From assembly GCA_031291875.1 (NCBI GenBank), contig JARLIE010000040.1, positions 3,011 through 67,010 of the forward strand: a stretch of 64,000 nucleotides of DNA. The letters run 5' to 3'. Positions 56,424 through 64,000 of the stretch are shown piece after piece; position 1 is the first letter of the stretch; the number at the start of each line of letters is the position of its first letter. The position numbers were made by a program, and so were the translations under genes. This DNA is from Minisyncoccota bacterium. Its GTDB lineage: Bacteria > Patescibacteriota > Minisyncoccia > Phycocordibacterales > UBA2100. The notes under the pieces were generated by a model, which made no database searches, had not been told where the DNA came from, and saw only the letters and a program-made list of their open reading frames with translations.

Positions 56424-58031
56424 ATGACAAGAGTTCGCGCATTGATCGCGACATCCAGCATCGGAGTATTGTTCTTTGCGGCACCTTTCATGGCAAGTGC
56501 CGATGTTTCGAATGTGGGAGCTGGCGCTGACGCAATGTGTAACGCGACGTGTGCCCAGCTTGCCCAGCTCGCCGCACAACAACACAATCCGCAACTAAAC
56601 TGCACACCAGCGGGAGCGACCGTAGTGCCTTGTGGCGCGACACCTCCGGGCGGCAGTGTACAAGGTCAATGCATGCTCGGCTTAGGTTGTAAATCGAATT
56701 CTGCGAGCGGTCTCAGTGGAGGCAATGCGCAAACAGGCGGCTTGAGTCAACTCATGGGTCAAATCGGTCAGCTCATCGGTCAACTTGCGAAAGGCGGTGG
56801 CGGCGGGGGTGGAAGCGGCTCGGGTTCGGGCACTGGCTCGACAGGTACCACCTGCACTTCGTATACGCCGACTTCCGATCCTACACAGGTTGGGATCAAT
56901 CCTTGTGTGTACTACGTGCCCTCATCGTCGAGTCTTCTCAACACCACCGGTGTCAACTCTTCATCGAATACAAGCGCGCAAGATCTTTTGAATGCCTTGA
57001 ACGGATCAAGCAGTAGTTCTAGTTCGTCCAACGTCAGCGCCTCGCTCTCGGCGTCTCCGACATCCGGTTCAGCACCGCTTTCAGTCGTGTTTACAACCAA
57101 CTCCGTCAGCAGCTCCCACTCATACACCGTAGACCCGGGAGATGGTAGCGGCGCGCAAGCACTTTCTTCGAACGGCTGCTCTAGCAGCACCGCTTCAACT
57201 TGCGTATACGGTATTCAATACACCTACTCGACTGCAGGCACCTATACTGCAGCGCTTTCCGATGAACTCGGCGATTCTCTGGGCAGCGTGACTGTTTCTG
57301 TTACCAACCCAGGCGGATCATCCAGTTCCGGTGCCACAAGTCTTTCGGATGTTTTCAATAGTGTCGGCGGTTTGTTTGCAAGCAGCTCATCTCAGACGCA
57401 AAGCGGACAAAGCTCCCCGAATTTTCCCGGTGTCTTGGGTAATATCTTGCTTAGTCAAAACGGCGCGACCATTTTTGCGCAAACGGTTAACTCGGCAAAC
57501 AACAGCGAGACCTCAGGCTTTTATGGATCGGACACAATCAACAATCAGTCACAAGGTGTCGTCGGTCAAATGTGTCAAGGTCGCCCGTGGGCGAGCAACT
57601 TCCTCGCCAATATAATTCCGCCGACATTCTTCGACGGTCTTTGTGAGTGGGGAGGCTATCAGGTCGGACAAACACAACAGCAACAAACACAGCCGCAGGT
57701 CACGCTGACGCAGCACGCCAACACGAAGCCGACGACTCAAAAACAAGCTACAACTACGGCCGCAACATCCACCCCAAGCGTTCCGCCGCAAGCGGTGATT
57801 TGGGCGGTTCCGGCTTCGGTGCCACTCGGCACACGCACCTCCGTCTTCTGGAACACGCAGGGTGTTACTCAATGCACGGAGAGTTCGCCGGACGGCAGCT
57901 TCAGTGGCACTTCTCTCTCGGGCGCAGCGGCCACCGTCCCAATCACCTCAGCGACTACCTATACGATCTCGTGTCTCGACTCCGCCGGTAATCCGATCAC
58001 GGATTACGTCACTGTTTCGATTTCGAATTAA
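56424..58031 (+). CDS. Secreted Cys-rich protein with PKD-like domain
   Basis: Signal peptide, SASPTSGSAPLSVVF..DPGDG..YTYSTAGTYTA (PKD-like), C-terminal Ig-like ..TTYTISC. Confidence 0.78.
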   Translation: MTRVRALIATSSIGVLFFAAPFMASADVSNVGAGADAMCNATCAQLAQLAAQQHNPQLNCTPAGATVVPCGATPPGGSVQGQCMLGLGCKSNSASGLSGGNAQTGGLSQLMGQIGQLIGQLAKGGGGGGGSGSGSGTGSTGTTCTSYTPTSDPTQVGINPCVYYVPSSSSLLNTTGVNSSSNTSAQDLLNALNGSSSSSSSSNVSASLSASPTSGSAPLSVVFTTNSVSSSHSYTVDPGDGSGAQALSSNGCSSSTASTCVYGIQYTYSTAGTYTAALSDELGDSLGSVTVSVTNPGGSSSSGATSLSDVFNSVGGLFASSSSQTQSGQSSPNFPGVLGNILLSQNGATIFAQTVNSANNSETSGFYGSDTINNQSQGVVGQMCQGRPWASNFLANIIPPTFFDGLCEWGGYQVGQTQQQQTQPQVTLTQHANTKPTTQKQATTTAATSTPSVPPQAVIWAVPASVPLGTRTSVFWNTQGVTQCTESSPDGSFSGTSLSGAAATVPITSATTYTISCLDSAGNPITDYVTVSISN

Positions 58032-58489
58032 GCACTAAAAAGAATGATGCCCGCGCTCACGGAGACGTTGAGCGACTCCTTCTTGCCGTTCATAGGAATC
58101 TCGACTATTTCGTCGCAGTGCGCGCGCAAGGCGGGGGACATGCCTCGTACTTCGTTGCCAAAAATATACAAAACCGGCTTGTTTTTCGGCTTGAAGGTAC
58201 GGTAGTCGATCGATCGGGTGTCTTGTTCGACGCCGACAATGTGCCATCCTTGTTCGCGTAGCTTCTGGATTACCTGGTACGGATTCTTTTCATATTCCCA
58301 GGGAACAAACTTTTCCGCGCCGAGCGCAACCTTCGAGAGATCTTTGCGCGCAACGCCATGCTGATCGATCGGGGTGGGCGAGTAGCCGCTCAAGAACACC
58401 TTCGATACGCCCGCGCCGTCCGAGGTCCTAAAGATTGAGCCGACATTGTGGACGCTTCGGATGTTGTGAAGCAGTACTGCTTTTTGCAT
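58028..58489 (-). CDS. TrmH/SpoU family RNA methyltransferase
   Basis: NIRSVHNVGSIFRT, FGNEVRG, IPMNGKKESLNVSVSAGI. Confidence 0.92.
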   Translation of the reverse strand: MQKAVLLHNIRSVHNVGSIFRTSDGAGVSKVFLSGYSPTPIDQHGVARKDLSKVALGAEKFVPWEYEKNPYQVIQKLREQGWHIVGVEQDTRSIDYRTFKPKNKPVLYIFGNEVRGMSPALRAHCDEIVEIPMNGKKESLNVSVSAGIILFSA

Positions 58490-58523
58490 GCCGGCACAGT
58501 ACCATACGGTGTATACTTCACGC

Positions 58524-58931
58524 ATGTTCACCCTTTCGCTGTTTCCCGGACTCTTGTACCTTGCGCCGCTTGCGACAACCCTGGTGCGGGTTGCGGCCGG
58601 CTGCACGCTCCTCTATATGGCCTATCGATATATGGTCGAGCGAGACGACCTGGAGCGAGCGAAATTCTGGCCCGTGGGGCATATTCCCGAATGGCTGACG
58701 ATCCTAGGTTCGGCAATACTTTTCATCTCCGGTCTCATGCTCGTGATTGGTCTCTACACACAAGGTGTCGCTATCGTTGGCATGCTTATCGCCCTCAAAC
58801 ACGTGATCTTTGCGCGACGATATCCCAAATACATGGCTATTTCCGGCACAGCTGCAGCGCTCCTCTTCGTCATTTGCTTCTCGCTCCTGCTTTCGGGTGC
58901 AGGCGCATGGGGAGTCGACCTCCCGCTCTAA
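58524..58931 (+). CDS. DoxX-like membrane protein
   Basis: TLVRVAAG, LMLVIGLYTQ, LLLSGAGAWGVDLPL. Confidence 0.75.
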   Translation: MFTLSLFPGLLYLAPLATTLVRVAAGCTLLYMAYRYMVERDDLERAKFWPVGHIPEWLTILGSAILFISGLMLVIGLYTQGVAIVGMLIALKHVIFARRYPKYMAISGTAAALLFVICFSLLLSGAGAWGVDLPL

Positions 58932-58993
58932 GGTTTGAACTAGGATTGAGGGATTGGAAAAAAAGAGCAATTTAGTGCTATATTTTCCTGCAA

Positions 58994-59066
58994 CCGCCCG
59001 TAGCTCAGTCGGTAGAGCAGCTCCCTTTTAAGGAGACGGTCGCAGGTTCGATTCCTGCCGGGCGGA
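58994..59066 (+). tRNA. tRNA-Lys(TTT)
   Basis: CCGCCCG-TAGCTCAGTCGGTAGAGC...CTCC-CTTTTAA-GGAG...GGTTCGATTCC...CGGGCGGA. Confidence 0.94.
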
Positions 59067-59113
59067 CATGATTGAAAAACAGGGCTTGTGCGCTGTTTTT
59101 CATTACATGGCCG

Positions 59114-59199
59114 GGCCGCAGCGATGTCGCATCAGCAGATGCGACCGCGAGTCGGGGTCGCGGAATTTTGTTCGCGACGGCGAGCAAAATATCCGTGAC
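59114..59199 (+). repeat. tRNA-downstream structured element, copy 1
   Basis: GGCCGCAGCGAT-GTCGCATC-AGCA-GATGCGAC-CGCGAGTCGGGGTCGCGGAA-TTTTGTTCGC-GACG-GCGAGCAAAA-TATCCGTGAC; homologous to 63707-63793(-). Confidence 0.8.
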
Positions 59200-59355
59200 G
59201 AACATCGAGGATGGATAGTTCCGTATAGCTAAAATATAGACAAAAAGGAAGCCTCGTACCGTCAGGGCGGTACGAGGCAAGGATCATCAAAATGGCACTT
59301 CTTTACGCAAAGCTTGCTATACTAAACCTACTTTTACAGGATTTGTTTTTTCACC

Positions 59356-60075
59356 ATGCAGAAATTAAACCCCAATCTATATACTCCAGTTGCGATCGTT
59401 GTGGCCGGTATCATCGTGGCGGGCGCGATTTTGGTTATCGGCCATCAGGGCGGCACCACGACAGCGACTACTGCGACTACACAGCAACCCTCGACCACGG
59501 CGAACATTAATTCGAACTCGGTCAAAAGTAACGGAGATCCGGTCGTCGGCAGCGCTAATGCTCCGCTCACGATCGTCTATTGGTTCGACTACCAGTGCCC
59601 GTTCTGCAAACAGAATGAACAAACGGTCATGCCGCAGCTTCTTAAGGATTACGTCGATACGGGCAAGGTAAAAATCATCTACAAGGACTTCTCGTTCCTC
59701 GGCACCGATTCGGACACGCTTGGCCATTACGGACGCGCCGTCTGGGCCGTTGCACCGGATAAGTTTGAGGCATGGCACGAAGCTGTCTACACCAATCAAG
59801 GGGAAGAAAACACCGGTTGGGCAACCCCTGCGGAGATCCAAAAGATAACCGCGAGCGTGCTTACTGCCGCCCAAACGGCACAAGTCGTTCAGCTTGCGAC
59901 GACGAATGCGAAGCAGTATCAAAGCGTGATGGATGCTGACAAACAGGAAGGCATGCAAGATGGCGTACAAGGAACGCCTGCGTTCCTAATCGGCAACCAA
60001 TGGATTGCTGGTGCTGAAAGTTACGCGCAAGTAAAGCAAACCATCGATCAGCAGCTTGCTGCCACCAGTAAATAA
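59356..60075 (+). CDS. DsbA family thiol-disulfide oxidoreductase
   Basis: TM anchor, GSANAPLTIV..DYQCPFC, GVQGTPAF. Confidence 0.92.
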   Translation: MQKLNPNLYTPVAIVVAGIIVAGAILVIGHQGGTTTATTATTQQPSTTANINSNSVKSNGDPVVGSANAPLTIVYWFDYQCPFCKQNEQTVMPQLLKDYVDTGKVKIIYKDFSFLGTDSDTLGHYGRAVWAVAPDKFEAWHEAVYTNQGEENTGWATPAEIQKITASVLTAAQTAQVVQLATTNAKQYQSVMDADKQEGMQDGVQGTPAFLIGNQWIAGAESYAQVKQTIDQQLAATSK

Positions 60076-60088
60076 AAGAGGGAACAGA

Positions 60089-60122
60089 AAATCGCCCGCT
60101 ACCAAGCGGGCGATTTCTTTTT
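60089..60122. terminator. Bidirectional terminator
   Basis: AAATCGCCCGCT-ACCA-AGCGGGCGATTT-CTTTTT. Confidence 0.75.
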
Positions 60123-61041
60123 AATAGGACGTGACTGCAACGACTTCTCCCTGCGAATCCAGCAAGCGAATCGTATCGTGGCTGTTGTTCCAAAGCTCTT
60201 TGGAGCCGTCGAGGTATACGCGCCAATTGTTCGAGGCGAAAGTATTGTCGTTTTGGTGGGTCGCCACGCAGCCGTTGTAGGAGAGTGTGTTTTGGATAAA
60301 CGCCTGGCACTGTGTCGAGAGATTGCTCGGCAGGCTTTGGGGGAATGTGCAAAACGGGATAGAAGAAACAAAACTCGCACATGATTGCCCGTATTGCGCC
60401 GCCTGCGAGGCCGCATCGCTTGGCGAAGGGCACTGTGTTTGGATCGGCGGCGTGTACTGTTGCAGCTGCTCGAGATAGCCACTGCAGCTGTTTTCGCGGA
60501 AGGAGGTTCCGACCGGTGAGCGGCCGGTCGTAACGATGGCAACACCGCCTGGCGCGAGCTGGAGCGCCGTTTGGGAGTTAAGTTCTCCCAAGCGGAAAAA
60601 GCTTGCAGCTAGGGGGATATAAGCACGAGCGCTCGTTAGCGCGCTTTGTAAAGACCATCCGCTGATATCGATCGTGGATTGTCCGATGTTTTGCACAGCG
60701 AGATATTCTTGCTGGGGATCGGAAGCAGTTGCGCCTTCGGCGGAAATAGCGATGTCGTTCACATACGGGGAAGCGTTGCCGAATGTCTGAGATTGGGAGT
60801 TCTGCGAAGAGCCGTCCGAGGTGCCAGTGAGGTTTGAAATATCCGCACCCTGCGGTATCGGTATTGCCCAGGGCAGCTGCACTGCACCGCCGCCATAGAG
60901 ATCGGAGGCGAGCGATCCTAGGGGGCTTGAGAACGAACCTGTTGCCGCCTTTATCTTTTCGATGCCGCCGCTTACAAACCAAATGAGTGCCAAGACGACG
61001 ATCAGTGTCCAGAAGAGATACCACAGCACGGTGCGAACCAT
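60121..61041 (-). CDS. Membrane-anchored lamin-tail-domain-like, Cys-rich protein
   Basis: EYLAVQN..IDISGWSL, LWNNSHDTIRLLDSQGEVV; six Cys. Confidence 0.75.
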   Translation of the reverse strand: MVRTVLWYLFWTLIVVLALIWFVSGGIEKIKAATGSFSSPLGSLASDLYGGGAVQLPWAIPIPQGADISNLTGTSDGSSQNSQSQTFGNASPYVNDIAISAEGATASDPQQEYLAVQNIGQSTIDISGWSLQSALTSARAYIPLAASFFRLGELNSQTALQLAPGGVAIVTTGRSPVGTSFRENSCSGYLEQLQQYTPPIQTQCPSPSDAASQAAQYGQSCASFVSSIPFCTFPQSLPSNLSTQCQAFIQNTLSYNGCVATHQNDNTFASNNWRVYLDGSKELWNNSHDTIRLLDSQGEVVAVTSY

Positions 61042-61048
61042 AGCTAAA

Positions 61049-62299
61049 TTATACCTGCTTACTGGATAGTATTCGCGTTATTTCCTCACGCGCGACCTGG
61101 GCGTCACTCCAGGGGATTTTTTTTCCATTCGCGATGCAGATGCACGGATCGGTACCTTTGCCAGTTATGAGAACGGCATCGCCCGATTTCGCGAGCTCAA
61201 TTGCTCTGCCGATTGCGGCACGTCGGTCCATGATGACGGTCGGACTGCGCTTCATCCCTTTTTCCATTTGCTGCACGATTTCGAGTGGGTCTTCGTCGTA
61301 CGGGTCTTCGTCCGTAAGAATTATTTCTTCGCATTGTTCGTCCGCAATAGCTGCCATGACCGGGCGCTTCCATTTATCGCGACCGCCCCCTGTCGATCCA
61401 AGTACGCAAATTTTCCTTCGGGCCGCAAAAGCGTCATACAACGCCTTGAGCGAATCCGGCGTATGGGCGTAGTCGACGATGACGGTGAAATCTTGTCCGG
61501 CTTCGACCCGCTGCGCTCGGCCGGGGATCGAACCGAGCTTCGAAAGCGCTCTTGCGATAACGAAGGCAGGAACGCCGAAGGCACGGGTGACGGTCGCTGC
61601 GGCAAGCGCGTTTTTGAGAGAAAATTCGCCGGGCAAATCGATCGCTATCTTTTCATTCTCAAAGGTAAAGTATCCGCCGGTGTCGCTGAATTCGTAAGGC
61701 TGTTGCGCCGAAAGTGTATAGGGTAGAGACGCTTCCACTTGAAGCGTAAGGTAGCGCCCCGAAGCCGAGTCGTCCGCATTGGCGACGATAACTCGAGGGC
61801 GCTTTTTTGAGCGCTGGAGTTGCTTGCCGATCTCGAATTTTGCGTTCGAATAAGCCTCGAATGATCCATGTGATTCGATGTGTTCAGGGGCGAGGTTGGT
61901 AAAGACGAGTGCATTGAGATCGATCGCGCGATGACGATATTGCTTGGCCCCTTCGGAGGTCATTTCGAGGACGGCCGTCGTGCACCCCGCTCGTACCGCG
62001 TCGGCCAAAAAACTTTGAATGAAAAATCGACCCGGCATCGACATGCGAAGTAGGTTCGGTTCGGAATTGGTATCTAGCTTGAAGCGAATGGAATTGAGCA
62101 GGGCGGTTTTTTCGCCATTTTCTTCGAGAATGGTGTTAATCATTTCCGTCGTCGAGGACTTTCCTTTGGTTCCCGTCACCGCGATCACGCGCAGTTTGCG
62201 AGAAGGGAAGCCGTACAAAAAAGCGCCCACATAGGCGAGCGTTAGGTGGTACGCCTGCAAAACTTGCGGCGGAATTATTTGCTTGAGAGTGTTTTTCAT
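61049..62299 (-). CDS. murE: MurE-type Mur ligase
   Basis: VTGTKGKSST, LEMTSEG, FTNLAPEHIE, IPGR, VDYAHTPDSL, GGRDKWKR, EDPYDEDP. Confidence 0.88.
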   Translation of the reverse strand: MKNTLKQIIPPQVLQAYHLTLAYVGAFLYGFPSRKLRVIAVTGTKGKSSTTEMINTILEENGEKTALLNSIRFKLDTNSEPNLLRMSMPGRFFIQSFLADAVRAGCTTAVLEMTSEGAKQYRHRAIDLNALVFTNLAPEHIESHGSFEAYSNAKFEIGKQLQRSKKRPRVIVANADDSASGRYLTLQVEASLPYTLSAQQPYEFSDTGGYFTFENEKIAIDLPGEFSLKNALAAATVTRAFGVPAFVIARALSKLGSIPGRAQRVEAGQDFTVIVDYAHTPDSLKALYDAFAARRKICVLGSTGGGRDKWKRPVMAAIADEQCEEIILTDEDPYDEDPLEIVQQMEKGMKRSPTVIMDRRAAIGRAIELAKSGDAVLITGKGTDPCICIANGKKIPWSDAQVAREEITRILSSKQV

Positions 62300-62868
62300 G
62301 ACCTGCCTATGGATTTAAGCGCTTCTCGCAAACGCTCGTTAGGATTTTTGATTTCCATGGGCACCTTACGAAGCGCATCACGGGCTTCTTGGAGCGAATA
62401 GCCGAGCGCCCGCATTGCCTCAAGAGTCTCTTCGTCGCCTGAGATCGCCGCGGAAGTCTCGCTCTGTGCAACGCCGACTTTGTCGCGCAGTTCGAGAATG
62501 ATTTTTTCCGCCGTCTTTTTGCCTATGCCCGAGACATTTGTTAGGTAGCCGGAATTACCCGCTGCGATCGCGGATCGCAGTGTCTCGACTGAGGCGATAT
62601 CAAGAATGGCCAGTGCGGACTTTGGACCGATACCGGAAACCATAAGCAAGAGACCGAAAAAATGCAGCTCTTCTTCCGTCGAAAAACCATATAAATCGAG
62701 CACATCTTCGCGTACGGCAAGGTGTGTCCAGAGCGCGGCTGTCTCATTGAGGCGTAGCCTGGCCAAAGACTCTTTGGTTGCTGCAATTTTGTACCCGACG
62801 CCCCCGCAGGAGAGGATTACTGATCCAATGGAGATCTTACGGACGGTACCTTCTAGATGACCGATCAT
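62296..62868 (-). CDS. ruvA: Holliday junction protein RuvA
   Basis: GGVGY, VREDVLDLYGF, VSGIGPKSAL, GIGKKTAEKIILEL. Confidence 0.96.
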   Translation of the reverse strand: MIGHLEGTVRKISIGSVILSCGGVGYKIAATKESLARLRLNETAALWTHLAVREDVLDLYGFSTEEELHFFGLLLMVSGIGPKSALAILDIASVETLRSAIAAGNSGYLTNVSGIGKKTAEKIILELRDKVGVAQSETSAAISGDEETLEAMRALGYSLQEARDALRKVPMEIKNPNERLREALKSIGRS

Positions 62869-62944
62869 AGCAACAGCTTACAGTAGTAAAACCAAAGGGG
62901 AACCCTTGATATTTTGCGGATAACGTGTACTATCCTCGCCACGT

Positions 62945-63202
62945 ATGGCAAACACAAGTTCAGCCAAAAAAGCAGCCCGCGCGTCGCTTCGCCGACGCGT
63001 CTACAACGAGCGCCGCAAGCGCGCGATGAAGACGGGTGTTAAGGAGTTCCGCAAAATCGCTACGAGCAAGAGCGCGGACGCGACAGCCAAGCTCCCGGAG
63101 GTCTTTCAGGCGATCGACAAGGCCCTCAAGCGCGGCGTCATCAAGAAGAACACAGCCGCTCGCATGAAGTCGAAGCTCTCCAAGATGCTCGCGACCAAAT
63201 AG
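62945..63202 (+). CDS. rpsT: 30S ribosomal protein S20
   Basis: MANTSSAKKAAR...AIDKALKRGVIKKNTAARMKSKL. Confidence 0.96.
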   Translation: MANTSSAKKAARASLRRRVYNERRKRAMKTGVKEFRKIATSKSADATAKLPEVFQAIDKALKRGVIKKNTAARMKSKLSKMLATK

Positions 63203-63258
63203 TCGCTCCGTTTTTCTCTTCATCCCAACTCCACCATAATCGGAGGTATAATCGCTGT

Positions 63259-63687
63259 ATGCGAATGTTACCTGTCGTTTCCGCGACCCTTGTTGCGACC
63301 CTTCTTTTACCTATTAGCGCCTTTGCTATGACAATCGTCGGTAGCGGGGCAGGTGGTTGTTTTGTTTGCGTTTCTCCTAGCTATACTGTTGCGCCGTACA
63401 ACTACATCGGAGGCTCTTCATATAGCTACACGCCCTCGTACCAGTATTCGTACCCGTCATACCAATACTCATACCCATCCTATAGCTATACCTACCCGAG
63501 CTCCTACGGATATTCATCGTCCTATTACTACCCATCGAGTTATTACTCGTACTCCTATCCCTACACGTACTCCTCCTACGGTGGCTATGGATACAGCTCG
63601 TACGGATATGATAGTTCGTATGGTTACGACACCGGCTACTCGTATCCGGACTATTCTTACGGGAATGATTGCGGGTGTGGGTACTAG
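63259..63687 (+). CDS. Secreted Tyr/Ser-rich low-complexity protein
   Basis: Signal peptide (AFA), CFVC, repeated YSYPSY/SYGY, C-terminal CGC; TATAAT 6 nt before ATG. Confidence 0.72.
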   Translation: MRMLPVVSATLVATLLLPISAFAMTIVGSGAGGCFVCVSPSYTVAPYNYIGGSSYSYTPSYQYSYPSYQYSYPSYSYTYPSSYGYSSSYYYPSSYYSYSYPYTYSSYGGYGYSSYGYDSSYGYDTGYSYPDYSYGNDCGCGY

Positions 63688-63706
63688 GGAATTGTTACCA
63701 CTTTTG

Positions 63707-63793
63707 GTCACAGATAATTCTCATTCCGACGAATGAGAATTTCCGCGACCCCGCCTCGCTGGTTTCGTTTGCTAACGAAACATCGCTCCGGCC
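63707..63793 (-). repeat. tRNA-downstream structured element, copy 2
   Basis: Reverse complement GGCCGGAGCGAT-GTTTCGTT-AGCA-AACGAAAC-CAGCGAGGCGGGGTCGCGGAA-ATTCTCATTC-GTCG-GAATGAGAAT-TATCTGTGAC. Confidence 0.8.
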
Positions 63794-63839
63794 AGCACAA
63801 GTGTATGAACAAGCAAAGCAGTTTGCTTGTTCATCCTTG

Positions 63840-63911
63840 TGCTCCCGCCAGGAATCGAACCTGGATTACAAACTCCGCAAGCTTGCGTTCTATCCATTAA
63901 ACTACGGGAGC
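63840..63911 (-). tRNA. tRNA-Arg(GCG)
   Basis: Reverse complement GCTCCCG...CAAGC-TTGCGGA-GTTTG...CCAGGTTCGATTCCTGG-CGGGAGCA. Confidence 0.9.
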
Positions 63912-64000
63912 GCACTAACCACGAAAATGTAGCACAATTCGCTGGCTTTTCCACATTTGGCTTTTTATAGTCCGTTTCTTTTGAAAAGGGGAAGTATCAT

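Noticed and set aside
63420-63660. CRISPR-like or tandem DNA repeat
   Set aside because: The repeats exist at the amino-acid level with synonymous variation; no repeat-spacer structure and no cas genes.
1-64000. Alternative genetic code (UGA=Gly, as in Gracilibacteria/Absconditabacteria)
   Set aside because: Conserved genes are intact under code 11, and TGA terminates genes (e.g. 21209, 26615, 37416).

Overview
A chromosomal segment from a small-genome bacterium that looks like Patescibacteria/CPR, probably Parcubacteria. This is inferred from gene content and synteny. TGA is used as a stop codon, so the genetic code is 11. The window contains the replication origin region (jag-yidC-rnpA-rpmH <- -> dnaA-oriC-dnaN, with DnaA boxes and DnaA-trios). 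It also holds many housekeeping genes: rny, HU, cca, xth, xer, guaB, rarA, rpsO, pnp, comM, pcrA, rsmA, PBP1A, ruvABC, pilB, tsaE, polA, murE and rpsT. Six tRNA genes are present, none encoding CCA. A ~13 kb co-oriented VirB4/PrgI/VirB6/pilin (T4SS-like) locus lies next to oriC, with no relaxase or coupling protein in the window. The most notable unexplained signals are non-coding: (1) an ~86-nt two-hairpin element found twice, each time just downstream of a tRNA gene, with fixed loops and linkers but compensated, largely different stems; (2) a promoter-driven, ~245-nt highly structured RNA between ruvB and pilB; (3) a c-di-AMP-riboswitch-like leader upstream of a LysM/M23 peptidase; (4) pervasive leaderless gene starts; (5) parS-like sites, one inside yraN. 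All calls come from reading the sequence by eye, and no database search was run.
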